Source: Vulcanimicrobiota bacterium | GTDB lineage: Bacteria > Vulcanimicrobiota > Vulcanimicrobiia > Vulcanimicrobiales > Vulcanimicrobiaceae | Assembly (NCBI GenBank): GCA_963733295.1 | Contig: CAVTCS010000003.1 | Coordinates: forward strand, 704,001-768,000 | Reading direction: 5' to 3' | Length of the DNA: 64,000 nt | The notes under the pieces: model-generated | The model's input: only the letters and a program-made list of their open reading frames with translations | What the model was told of the DNA's origin: nothing | Databases searched by the model: none | In this document: piece by piece, positions 43,085 through 54,666 of the stretch | Position numbering within the stretch: the first letter of the stretch is position 1 | How the letters are laid out: the number at the start of each line of letters is the position of its first letter | Made by a program: the position numbers and the translations under genes

Positions 43085-43650
43085 CAAAGCTGTTGCCGTG
43101 CCCGTTCGACGAGTCGCCGGAGGAGCGCCCGGGCCCGGTGCAGTCGCGAGCGCACCGTGCCGATCGAACAACCCATAATTTCGGCGATCTCCTGGTAGCT
43201 GTATTCTTCGATATCGGCGAGGATTACGACTTGACGCTGTTCGGGTGAGAGCTGCGCGAGTGCCTTCGAAAGCGGCTCGCCCAGCTGCCTCTCGACGTAG
43301 TCATCGATTGGTGTTACCGCCAGAGGCCTCTGTCCACCGAACTCCTGCGGCGCGTTGTCTTCGGGGATACTTTCAATGAAACGTCCTTTCCGTCTGCGAA
43401 GTTCGTCGCGATACAAATTGGTCACGATTCGGTAGACCCAAGAGAGGAAAGACGTCCCGGGTTGGAAGGAGCGCCATGCCCGGTACACGCGAATGAACGC
43501 GTCCTGCGTCAGATCGCGCGCGTCCGATTCGTTGCCGGTGAGGCGATAGGCGAAGTTATACGTCGCTTTCCCGTACTGCTCGATAGCTCGCTCGAGAAAG
43601 GCCGCTTGGTCAGGGCTCGGAGGCTCGTTTGGAGACCTGGTGCCGCCCAT
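43084..43650 (-). CDS. ECF sigma-70 factor
   Basis: DARDLTQDAFIR, SWVYRIVTN, SYQEIAEIMGCSIGTVRSRLHRAR. Confidence 0.93.
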   Translation of the reverse strand: MGGTRSPNEPPSPDQAAFLERAIEQYGKATYNFAYRLTGNESDARDLTQDAFIRVYRAWRSFQPGTSFLSWVYRIVTNLYRDELRRRKGRFIESIPEDNAPQEFGGQRPLAVTPIDDYVERQLGEPLSKALAQLSPEQRQVVILADIEEYSYQEIAEIMGCSIGTVRSRLHRARALLRRLVERARQQL

Positions 43651-43723
43651 GGCTTGCGTGAATTATGCTCCTTCGGAAGCCCGGCCTGTGCTGGACCGGT
43701 GCGGCCAGGTTGGCAGGGAATTG

Positions 43724-43762
43724 TTAGGACGGGCTAAATCCTGGGCAAGGACAGCCTAAATC
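43724..43762 (+). promoter_or_regulatory. Tandem DtxR/SirR-type operator boxes
   Basis: TTAGGACGGGCTAAATC and CAAGGACAGCCTAAATC, 22 bp apart, resembling TTAGG-N4-CCTAA. Confidence 0.55.
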
Positions 43763-43780
43763 CCGCTCGAGAGAACACTT

Positions 43781-45061
43781 TTGGCCGCCGCCGCAACGCC
43801 GAGTTCGAAAACCGTTCCCGTCCCAGCTTGGCGCCGCCGGCTGATCGGTCTCGCTGCGGTCGCCGGCCCCGGGATGATCGTAGCCTTCGCCGACACCGAA
43901 GCGGGCAGCATTACGACGGCCGCGAGTTCGGGCGCGCAGTACGGAATGAAGCTCGTGCTGCTTCAGTTGCTGTTGATCGTTCCGCTCTTCGTCGTACAAG
44001 AGATGACGGTGCGGCTCGGAACCGTCACCGGGAAGGGACACGCGCAACTCATCCGCGACAACTACGGCTTGACCTGGGCCTGGGTATCGCTGGGGACGAT
44101 GCTCTTCACCAACGTCGCCGCGCTGGTGACCGAGTTCATCGGCATCGCCGGGGCGGCGTTGATTTTCGGCGTGAACCCGGCTCTGATGGTGATCGCGGCG
44201 GCGCTGATTCTCGTCGTCGTCTCGCTCTCGGGCAACTATAAGCAGGCCGAGAAGATCGCGCTGGGGCTGTGTCTCCTCGAGTTGCTTTTCATTCCGGCAG
44301 CGTTTGCGGCGAAGCCCTCACCCATGTCGATAATTCGAGATGGCATCCTCGGTTCGCAACCGCTCGCCGATCGCAACTACTTGCTCTTGATTGCGAGCAA
44401 CATCGGTGCGGTCATCATGCCCTGGATGATCTTCTATCAGCAGAGCGCCACGGTCGACAAGGGTCTCAAGGTGCCCGATCTCAACTACGCGCGCATCGAT
44501 ACCGCCCTCGGCGCCGTGGCGACCCAGGTCATCATGATCGCGGTGATCGTCACCACCGCAGCCACGCTCTTCGTTCACCACATACAGGTGAGCGACGCCG
44601 CTCACGCCGCGCTTGCGCTCGTTCCGCTGACCGGCAAGTTTTCGTCGATCGTTTTCGGTGCAGGCCTCGTCGGCGCTTCGATGCTCGGCGCGTTCGTCGT
44701 TACGCTCGCAACCTCGTGGGCCTTCGGCGAAGCGTTCCGCTGGCCGTGTTCCCTGAACCACCACTTCCTTAAGGCGAAGCGCTTCTACGGGCTGTACATC
44801 GCCTGCGTCGCGCTGTCCGCAGGCATCGTGCTGATTCCGAATCTGCCGCTCGTGCGGATCACGCTCTACGTCATGGCCTTCAACGCCCTCGTGCTGCCGA
44901 TCGTGCTCGGCTTCTTGCTCGTGATGGCCAATGACGAGAAGATCCTCGGTTCGCGCCGCAACTCGTTCACCGGCAATATCGTGGCGATTGGGATTTCCAT
45001 CGTTTGCGTGGCCCTCGGACTCTGGTATGGGGCCCTCACGCTCATGGGACAAACGAGCTAG
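43781..45061 (+). CDS. NRAMP/SLC11-related divalent metal transporter
   Basis: GPG..ADTEAG, QEMTVRLGTVTGKG, GAVIMPW; about 11 TM. Confidence 0.88.
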   Translation: MAAAATPSSKTVPVPAWRRRLIGLAAVAGPGMIVAFADTEAGSITTAASSGAQYGMKLVLLQLLLIVPLFVVQEMTVRLGTVTGKGHAQLIRDNYGLTWAWVSLGTMLFTNVAALVTEFIGIAGAALIFGVNPALMVIAAALILVVVSLSGNYKQAEKIALGLCLLELLFIPAAFAAKPSPMSIIRDGILGSQPLADRNYLLLIASNIGAVIMPWMIFYQQSATVDKGLKVPDLNYARIDTALGAVATQVIMIAVIVTTAATLFVHHIQVSDAAHAALALVPLTGKFSSIVFGAGLVGASMLGAFVVTLATSWAFGEAFRWPCSLNHHFLKAKRFYGLYIACVALSAGIVLIPNLPLVRITLYVMAFNALVLPIVLGFLLVMANDEKILGSRRNSFTGNIVAIGISIVCVALGLWYGALTLMGQTS

Positions 45062-47421
45062 AACGGTTCAGTAGCCCGCAGCGACCAGTGGAAGCCCGGC
45101 GCCCACTGGGTCGTGTTGAAGCCGTTGTTGACCTTGAGCAGGTAAGCGTTGTTCGTGATGTTCGTCAGGTCGAGGATGAACCCGGGTTTGGTGTGCACGC
45201 CGCGCTGCGGATCGATGCCCGCCGAGGCGTCGAAAATCAAGTGCGGCGCCAAGCGCTGCTGACCGTTTTGAAATTGGACCGGATAACCGGTGCCGTACCC
45301 GGGCTGGAGCGCGACGAAGATGCTCTTGTTGAAGTTAAGCCGGTGCGTGTAATTGAGGACCATATCGAAGGTTTGATCGTGATCCTCCGGGCTGAGCGTC
45401 AGATCCGTTAAGCCGGCCGCGCACGCCGTCGACGGCGTCGGGCAGAAGAGGAATGTGCCGCCCGAGATGCCCGCGGCTTGTGAGTTCGACAGGGTGGCCG
45501 ATATGAACATCGAGTCGCCGTTTTGCCAGTGAGCGTCGACGCGGCCTTCGACGCCTTGGGCGACGCCGATTGAATTGTTGTAGACGGCGAAGATCGGCGT
45601 GGGAAAAATTTGGGTCGTATCTAAGACGTTGGTGACGAGACGCTTCCAGACATTGACGTAAGCCCGCGCTCCCTGCGAAAACTGGTGATCGAGGCCGAAT
45701 TCGAAGTACGTGTCGCGTTCGGGTTGCAGATCGTAGACCGGCAGCTCGTCAGGATTGCCGCCGCCAATGACGACTGCCGCGCGTCGCGTATCTTCCAGGA
45801 ACGGCGCGGCGTACAACCGCCCGTAGTATGCGTGAAAGATCGTCGACGGGTTGATTTTGACATTCATCTCGAGACGCGGGCTTAGCTGACCTCCCGAAAC
45901 GTAGCCGGTCGAGTGATCGTAGCGCATTCCGCCGAAAAGCGAGAGATACTGGGTGGGCGTCCACTTGTCTTGAACGTACGCACTGAACAACGTTCCCCGT
46001 TGCGCTTGATTGTCGAAGAAGTTCGTGACTTGGTTCTCGTCGTTGAAGTACGCGATCTGTTCGTTACCTCGAAAGTTCTCGACCGTTTCGTCGACGCCGG
46101 CCTTGAACGCGTTGTCGCCCCAAACGTGGAAGTGCACGAGCCGCAAGCCTTCGAACGTCGACTCACGATCTTGGCGCAAACCGTCGAGGCCGGTGACCGC
46201 CGGCGGATCCTGTGTGTAGTCGGTGAAGGTCCCCATCAGATCGCTCTCGAGGTCGCCGAGATAGCGAATGCGGTTGTAGTGGTACCAAGGGGCGACCTGA
46301 GTGTACGAATTGCCGTCGGCCGCGTTGTGCGTATACGCGAGATTGAAGAGACTGTCGTTCTCGAGCTGGACGTCGTTGGTCCCAAGGGGAACGGCGACCG
46401 GGCTGATCGGGGACGTGACTGTATTGATGGGGATCTGGAACGTCGCGAAATTGTTCGACGCATCGAACGCCAGCACGTCGTTCTTTCCTATGTTGGTGAT
46501 GGTGCGCAGAAATTCGTTCCCTTGGCTGGCACCGTCGTGTTGCGGTACGAAAGTCGGCGAGTCGAGTCCGCGATCGGTTTGCTCGGTGTTGGCATTCAGA
46601 AAGAAGCGTGTGTTACCGATTGTCGCCGCTTCACCGAAGGATGCTTGCAGACCGCCGTAGTTACCGCCGCCGACGGTGACGTACCCTTGTTCCGGCGCAG
46701 ACAGATCGGTCGCGCGGTGACTGATAATATTCACGACCGCACCCTGCCGGTAGCCGCCGTACTCGGCCGGAAAAGCGCCAGTGAAAACCTCGAGCGAGTC
46801 AATCGTTCGCGGGTCGATGATCTCGCTGAAGTTGGAGGCCGTCCCTTGCGGCAGAGGAATACCGTCGAGTTCGTAGGTCAGACCGTGGAAACCGTGCGCC
46901 ACCGGCTCGTTATAGGAGAACTGCACGATTCCGGGCATCGTCTCGATGAGGTTATTGAGGCTCTGCCCGACCGGGTTCGTGTTGATCGTTTGGTTGTTGA
47001 GCGTATTTACTCCAACCGGCGACGCGGCGACGCCGCGAACCAATCCCGACTGCGTGTGGGCGATCTCCTTGATCGAGCTCAGATCGATCGTGAGCGTAGC
47101 GACCGAGCCGCTTTGAACGTCGATCAACTGGGTGACATCCGGTACTGCGTCCCGGTGCGCGACGAGCGTGTAGCGCCCGAACGGCACGCGGTCGAAGACG
47201 AAGGCGCCCTGAGCGCTCGACGTCGTCTTGAATGTTGAGCCTTCGCCGCTGAGAGTAAGGCTTACGTGATCCGCCGGGTTGCCGTTCAATCGGACGACAC
47301 CACGAACGAGCCCGGTCGTGTCGGCGAAGGCGGGCGCGGCGAGAAGCCAAAGAACCGCAAAAAGGAGCCAAAGTACAGTAAAGACGATGGCGGCGCCGAG
47401 CGCCGCGTTGGATACGCGCAT
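45058..47421 (-). CDS. TonB-dependent outer-membrane receptor with N-terminal carboxypeptidase-regulatory-like domain
   Basis: Plug motifs (DGIP, IDSLEVFTGAFPAEYG, VVNIIS), YVQDKW, NITN, C-terminal Phe. Confidence 0.88.
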   Translation of the reverse strand: MRVSNAALGAAIVFTVLWLLFAVLWLLAAPAFADTTGLVRGVVRLNGNPADHVSLTLSGEGSTFKTTSSAQGAFVFDRVPFGRYTLVAHRDAVPDVTQLIDVQSGSVATLTIDLSSIKEIAHTQSGLVRGVAASPVGVNTLNNQTINTNPVGQSLNNLIETMPGIVQFSYNEPVAHGFHGLTYELDGIPLPQGTASNFSEIIDPRTIDSLEVFTGAFPAEYGGYRQGAVVNIISHRATDLSAPEQGYVTVGGGNYGGLQASFGEAATIGNTRFFLNANTEQTDRGLDSPTFVPQHDGASQGNEFLRTITNIGKNDVLAFDASNNFATFQIPINTVTSPISPVAVPLGTNDVQLENDSLFNLAYTHNAADGNSYTQVAPWYHYNRIRYLGDLESDLMGTFTDYTQDPPAVTGLDGLRQDRESTFEGLRLVHFHVWGDNAFKAGVDETVENFRGNEQIAYFNDENQVTNFFDNQAQRGTLFSAYVQDKWTPTQYLSLFGGMRYDHSTGYVSGGQLSPRLEMNVKINPSTIFHAYYGRLYAAPFLEDTRRAAVVIGGGNPDELPVYDLQPERDTYFEFGLDHQFSQGARAYVNVWKRLVTNVLDTTQIFPTPIFAVYNNSIGVAQGVEGRVDAHWQNGDSMFISATLSNSQAAGISGGTFLFCPTPSTACAAGLTDLTLSPEDHDQTFDMVLNYTHRLNFNKSIFVALQPGYGTGYPVQFQNGQQRLAPHLIFDASAGIDPQRGVHTKPGFILDLTNITNNAYLLKVNNGFNTTQWAPGFHWSLRATEPF

Positions 47422-47482
47422 GGATCCACCTCGGGAGGCGAAAGCAAAAAAGCGAAGCGCGGCGAGCGGCCGCGTTTAGTTT

Positions 47483-48046
47483 TTAGGCTAGCCGGGGTGG
47501 AGCGCGGCCGCGATGGCTACCGCGCGTTGCTCGCGCTTCGATTCGCGAGCCGTACGCCTCGAGCCGCGCGAAATGAGGCGCGATTCCGAGGTCGACGTGT
47601 TGGGCGAGAGCCGCGAGTGCGAGGCCGGCGTGCGCCAGCCAGCGGGTGACCGCGCGGACTGCCAAGGCCGTCCCCAGTGCCAGCGCGCCGGCGACCGGAA
47701 CAACCCAGACGGCAGCGAGCGGCCCGTGGCCCTCGAGGAGCTCGAGGCTCCAGAAGGATAGGAGCGCTCCCCCGAACAGCCAGGCCGCGAACGGGCCGAT
47801 TTCACCAGATCCGGGCAGCTCGTCGCGAAGCTGGCGGACCGCCTGGCCTACCGAGGCCGGCCGCCCTAAGGCAACTGCCAGCGCGGCAACGCCGGCCAGC
47901 GCTACGAGCGCGCCGAGGGCACTAAAGAGAAGGGTGGCACCCTGCTCGCCGCCCAGCTCGTGAGCGGTTCCGAACCCCGCCAAATGGGCCAAAACAGCCA
48001 CCAGCAAGGCAAGCGGCGCGGCCACCAGCAACCGTCGGAGGTTCAT
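47483..48046 (-). CDS. Membrane protein with C-terminal RAPP motif (candidate arrest/leader protein)
   Basis: About 4 TM, HLAGFGTAH, ends ...GSHRGRAPPRLA*; 61 bp upstream of the receptor. Confidence 0.75.
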   Translation of the reverse strand: MNLRRLLVAAPLALLVAVLAHLAGFGTAHELGGEQGATLLFSALGALVALAGVAALAVALGRPASVGQAVRQLRDELPGSGEIGPFAAWLFGGALLSFWSLELLEGHGPLAAVWVVPVAGALALGTALAVRAVTRWLAHAGLALAALAQHVDLGIAPHFARLEAYGSRIEARATRGSHRGRAPPRLA

Positions 48047-48199
48047 CGAGGTTAGAACGTTCTCGTGGTCCGGAGAGACTCCCCCGGAGCGTTAAATTCG
48101 ATCCCCAAGGACCTCCAAGGGGTCGGACCGGCCGCTGCGAACACACCACCCGCCCGGAGGTCCCCCGACCCCGCCCAACCGCCAGGAGGCGGTCCGAAA

Positions 48200-48766
48200 G
48201 TGATGCGCACAACGACGAAAGGTCAGACGGCCAACGAGAGCTCCGACGCGGTCGGACTCGTCGTCGCGTTGCTCGTCCGCTTCCCGCAGATCGCGACGAT
48301 CGTCTCGCACCCTGATGAGGGGACGCTCGCACTTTCGTTCGCGGTCGCTCAGCGGATCGACCGGCGCGTCGAACGGGAGGTCCGGGAAGCGGTCGTCGAT
48401 CACGTCGAGTCGCTGCTCGCGGTCACCGGCGAGCCGCACGAAACGCTCACCGTGGAGTGCGAACGCGACCCGAAGATGACGTTCCTGCGCATCACCCGGG
48501 ACGTGCGCACGTTCTCCCGGGAAGAGTTAGTCGTGCTGACGACGCTCTTGGCAACCCGGTTCGGCGAGGCGCTCATCCAGAGTCCCGCCGCCGATGAGAC
48601 GCTCGACGACGATCCCGCGGCGCAGGACGAGATGGTGGATTTCGCCCTCGAAGCGCTGCGCGACCCGACGCAGCAACGCAGTCTGGTTGGATTCCGTGAG
48701 GAGAAACGGGTCCTCGTTTACTTCGTCAAGTCGCGGAAGAAGGCGAAGGCCCGAGCGCGGTCCTAA
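48200..48766 (+). CDS. Conserved hypothetical protein
   Basis: SD AGGAGG; protein-like; apparently cotranscribed with the PHP gene. Confidence 0.75.
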   Translation: MMRTTTKGQTANESSDAVGLVVALLVRFPQIATIVSHPDEGTLALSFAVAQRIDRRVEREVREAVVDHVESLLAVTGEPHETLTVECERDPKMTFLRITRDVRTFSREELVVLTTLLATRFGEALIQSPAADETLDDDPAAQDEMVDFALEALRDPTQQRSLVGFREEKRVLVYFVKSRKKAKARARS

Positions 48767-48772
48767 TCGCGC

Positions 48773-49576
48773 GTGCTGGTCGATTTTCACAGCCACACGA
48801 CCGAGAGCGACGGCACGCTTTCGCCGGCCGAACTCGTTGCGGCGATGCGCCGGCGTGGCGTGACGGTCTTTTCGATCAGCGACCACGACACGCTCGAAGC
48901 CTACGATGGCCTCGCTGAGACACCGGGGCTCCTGCGAATCAGCGGTGTCGAGATCAATACGAACTACCGCGGAAACGAGGTCCACATCCTCGGCTTCGGG
49001 TTTCCGCTGGGCGAGACGAAGTTACGCGCGGTCCTGGAAACCAATCGCCGAGAGCGGAACGCTCGAGCCCGGCGTATGGTCGCGGGACTCCAAGCCGCCG
49101 GCTGCGCGATCGCTTTCGACGACGTCAAAGGCGAGGGCCGCGACGACTCGCCGCTCGGCCGGCCGCACGTTGCGAAGGCACTCGTCCGCGCCGGCTACGC
49201 AAGCGATATCGACGCGGCGTTCCGGAACTACCTTGTCGCTGGAAAATCGGGCTACGTACCGTTCGCGCACATCGCGCCTCAAGCTGCGATTGCGGCGATC
49301 GCAAACTCGGGCGGCGTGCCCGTGCTCGCCCACCCTGGAAGGTTGAGAAACGTCGAGTTGATCGACGAACTCACCGAAGCCGGGCTGGCCGGCCTTGAAG
49401 TGTTCTACCCGACGCACCAGCCCGGGCAGGTCGCGCAATTCCGCGCGACCGCGGCGCGACTCGGCTTGGTAATGACCGCCGGCTCAGACTTCCACGATCC
49501 GCGCTGGAACGCGAGCGGCGTCGGAATCGAAGTCGCCCCAAACGACATCAAGCCGTTCCTGGATCTAGTGACGTAG
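48773..49576 (+). CDS. PHP-domain metallophosphoesterase
   Basis: DFHSHTTESDG, SDHDT, GRPH, LAHP, GSDFH. Confidence 0.92.
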   Translation: MLVDFHSHTTESDGTLSPAELVAAMRRRGVTVFSISDHDTLEAYDGLAETPGLLRISGVEINTNYRGNEVHILGFGFPLGETKLRAVLETNRRERNARARRMVAGLQAAGCAIAFDDVKGEGRDDSPLGRPHVAKALVRAGYASDIDAAFRNYLVAGKSGYVPFAHIAPQAAIAAIANSGGVPVLAHPGRLRNVELIDELTEAGLAGLEVFYPTHQPGQVAQFRATAARLGLVMTAGSDFHDPRWNASGVGIEVAPNDIKPFLDLVT

Positions 49577-49614
49577 ATTAGTAGATTAAAAGAAGAACTA
49601 TCGGGGGCCCGCGC

Positions 49615-49643
49615 GGCGCCCCGCGAAGTGGGGCGCCCTTTTA
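49615..49643 (+). terminator. Intrinsic terminator
   Basis: GGCGCCCC-gcgaagt-GGGGCGCC then CTTTT, between convergent genes. Confidence 0.6.
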
Positions 49644-50024
49644 ACGGCAGCTGGCGCAGAGCCCGTAAAACTCGATCGAATGATCGTCGAGCGTGAAGGC
49701 TTGGTTTGCGAGCAAGGCTTTGCGAAACCGGTCCATCGCGCCGCAGTCGACCTCATCGACATGACCGCAGCTGCGACAAATCGCGTGGTGGTGATGCTCG
49801 TCGGTGCAATAGACGTAGCCGGACTCGCCGTTCGGGCCGGTTCGCGACGAGACGGTGCCGAGGTCTTCGAGCAGTTCGAGCGTGCGATAGACGGTCGATA
49901 GAGCGAGCTTCGGGTTAGAGCTCCTCAGCAGCCGGTGGATCGCGCCTGCGGTCAGATAGCGGCGCTCGGCCCGGAGCAGGTCGGCGATTGCCTTTCGAGT
50001 CGAGGTCGCATAGAGCGCGCGCAC
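49641..50024 (-). CDS. Fur/Zur family regulator
   Basis: LSTVYRTL, HHHHAICRSCG, FYGLCASC; start approximate. Confidence 0.9.
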   Translation of the reverse strand: MRALYATSTRKAIADLLRAERRYLTAGAIHRLLRSSNPKLALSTVYRTLELLEDLGTVSSRTGPNGESGYVYCTDEHHHHAICRSCGHVDEVDCGAMDRFRKALLANQAFTLDDHSIEFYGLCASCR

Positions 50025-50060
50025 GCACGTTCTTTTCGCTCCTGCGGCGAAGAAGACCGC

Positions 50061-51397
50061 GTGCCCGATTCGCCCTGTCCAGGACCACCCGGCCGCTTCC
50101 AAGCTCTTTCACTTTTCCGGCGGCGGTTCGCGACGATGCCGGAGTACCTCGTCGCTCTCGCTCGTCGCTACGGGCCGGTGACGCGCGTGCGTGGCCCGCT
50201 GAAGGACATCTACTTGTTCGACGACCCGCAGCTCATCGAGCAGGTTCTAGCGGGTAAGGGTCGCTCGTTCCAAAAGAGCCGCGGGTCGAAGCGGCTGCGC
50301 CCGCTCCTCGGACGCGGATTGTTGACGAGCGAAGAACCCGAGCATCTGCGCCACCGGCGTCTGGTCCAGCCGGCCTTCAATCGCAATCGCGTCGACGCGT
50401 ACGCGCCGCGCATGGTCGCGACCGCCGAACGCTTCGGCGGATCCTGGCGAGACGGGCAGACGGTCGAGGTCGATCGAGAGATGATGCGCTTGACCCTTGA
50501 GATCGCCGCTCGATACGATGTTCGGAAGCGACGTCTCGGGCGAAACGGAATCGATCGGCGCCACTCTCGATAGAGCGTTATCCTCGTTTGGCAAGATGGT
50601 TGCGCCGTTCGGCGAGGTCAACGACGTTTTTCCGACGCGCGCGGGGCGGCGCTTTCGCCGAGCGCGAGCCGGCTTACGGGCGACCGTCGAGCGGTTGATC
50701 GCACAGCGTCGCGGAGCGGAAGATCGAGGGGACTTTCTTTCGCTCCTCATCGCGGCTCGCGACGAACATGGCGCGTTCTCGAACGATGAAGCGCGCGACG
50801 AAGCGTTGACGATCCTGCTCGCCGGGCACGAGACGACCGCGAACGCGCTGACGTGGACCTTCGATTTGCTCGGTCGCAATCCCGAAGCTGCGCGCTTGGT
50901 CGAAGAAGAGCTTGCCTCGACGTTGGGTGGGCGCGCGCCCGGCGTGGAAGACGTCGCGCGTTTGCCGCGCCTGCACGGCGCGATCTCCGAAGCGCTGCGT
51001 CTCTTTCCGCCGGCGTGGTTGACGGGACGGAGCGCCCTCGAAGCGGTTCGCATCGGTGACTTCACGCTGCGACGCGGCGACGTCGCGCTGGTGAGCCCCT
51101 ATGTGACGCATCGCAATCCGCGTCTCTGGCCGGAGCCCGAACGTTTCAGTCCGGAGCGTTGGCTCTCCCAAGCGCGCCCCGCGCGTTTCGCGTTTTTCCC
51201 TTTCGGAGGCGGAACTCGCGCGTGCATCGGCGAGTCGTTTGCCTGGCTCGAAGCCTCGATCGTCCTTGCAACGCTCTTGCAGCGCGTTCGCTTCGATTTG
51301 CTCGACGCCGGCCCGGTCCCGATCGCGCCGCTCGTGACGCTGCGTCCGGCGCGTCCGATTCGCGCGCGCGTAACGCAGCGCCGCGTCGCGCCGATCG

Positions 51398-51405
<8 letters not shown>
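50061..51405 (+). CDS. Cytochrome P450 (one apparent frameshift near 50513)
   Basis: AGHETT, EALR, PERF, FGGGTRACIG. Confidence 0.9.
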
Positions 51406-53409
<2,004 letters not shown>

Positions 53410-54645
53410 GTGGCGTATCGCCGTCTGTTCACCTCGGAATCGGTGACCGAAGGCCACCCCGATAAGGTAGCCGACCAAATCTCCGACGCCGTTCTCGACG
53501 CGATCCTCAAGGACGACCCGTTCGGGCGCGTCGCGGTCGAGACGTTCGCGATCACGGGACAGATCCACATCGCGGGCGAGATTTCGACCAAGACCTACAT
53601 CGACATCCCGAAGATCGTGCGAGCCACGATCGCCGACATCGGCTACACGCGTTCGCACATCGGCTTTGACGCCGAGACGTGCGGCGTCTCGGTCTCGATC
53701 GACGAGCAGTCGGCCGACATCGCGCTCGGCGTCGACAGATCGCTCGAAGCCAAAGAAGGCCTGGGCGGCGATCAGTTCGAGACGATCGGCGCGGGAGATC
53801 AGGGGATGATGTTCGGCTACGCCTGCCGCGAAACTCCCGAACTCATGCCGCTGCCGATCGTTCTAGCGCACAACCTGACCCGCATGCTGGCGGCGGTGCG
53901 CAAGAACGGCGGCATTACGTACTTGCGTCCCGATGGTAAATCGCAGGTTACGGTCGAGTACGATGGGGATCGCCCCGTGCGAGTCGATGCCGTCGTCATC
54001 TCGACGCAGCACGATCCCGACGTACCGCTCGAAACGATTCGCAGCGAAGTGACCGAACGCGTCATCGACCAGGTCATCCCAAAGACGCTGCGCGATGCGA
54101 ACACGCGCATCTTCGTCAATCCGACGGGACGCTTCGTGATCGGCGGCCCCAAGGGCGATGCCGGTTTGACCGGGCGCAAGATCATCGCCGATACCTACGG
54201 CGGCATGGCGCGTCACGGCGGCGGCGCGTTCTCGGGAAAGGACCCGACGAAGGTCGATCGCTCCGCGGCCTACGCCGCGCGCCACGTCGCGAAGAACGTC
54301 GTCGCCGCGCGTCTGGCCGAGCGCTGCGAAGTCCAGGTCGCGTACGCGATCGGCGTCGCGCATCCGGTCAGCGTGCTGGTCGAAACGTTCGGCACCGGAA
54401 CGATTCCCGAAGAGAAGATCGCCGAGCTCGTCAAGCGCTTCTTCGATTTGCGTCCGGCGGCGATCATCCACCATCTCGATCTGCGCCGGCCGATCTACAA
54501 GCAAGTGGCAGCCTACGGACACTTCGGCCGTCCCGATCTCGATCTTCCGTGGGAACGCCTCGACCGCGTGAGCGAGCTTCGCGCGGCCTCCGGCCTGCCG
54601 CCGCTCCCCGAACGCGAACTTTCGACGCCGCTCGCCGGAACGTAA
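53410..54645 (+). CDS. metK: S-adenosylmethionine synthetase
   Basis: [28 protein letters not shown]. Confidence 0.97.
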   Translation: MAYRRLFTSESVTEGHPDKVADQISDAVLDAILKDDPFGRVAVETFAITGQIHIAGEISTKTYIDIPKIVRATIADIGYTRSHIGFDAETCGVSVSIDEQSADIALGVDRSLEAKEGLGGDQFETIGAGDQGMMFGYACRETPELMPLPIVLAHNLTRMLAAVRKNGGITYLRPDGKSQVTVEYDGDRPVRVDAVVISTQHDPDVPLETIRSEVTERVIDQVIPKTLRDANTRIFVNPTGRFVIGGPKGDAGLTGRKIIADTYGGMARHGGGAFSGKDPTKVDRSAAYAARHVAKNVVAARLAERCEVQVAYAIGVAHPVSVLVETFGTGTIPEEKIAELVKRFFDLRPAAIIHHLDLRRPIYKQVAAYGHFGRPDLDLPWERLDRVSELRAASGLPPLPERELSTPLAGT

Positions 54646-54666
54646 GGGACGCGAAGCGAGCTGCGC

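Noticed and set aside
48054..48063. AGAACGTTCT palindrome as a Fur/Zur box for the RAPP leader
   Set aside because: Even symmetry and short length do not fit the n-1-n Fur/Zur pattern; remains an unassigned palindrome
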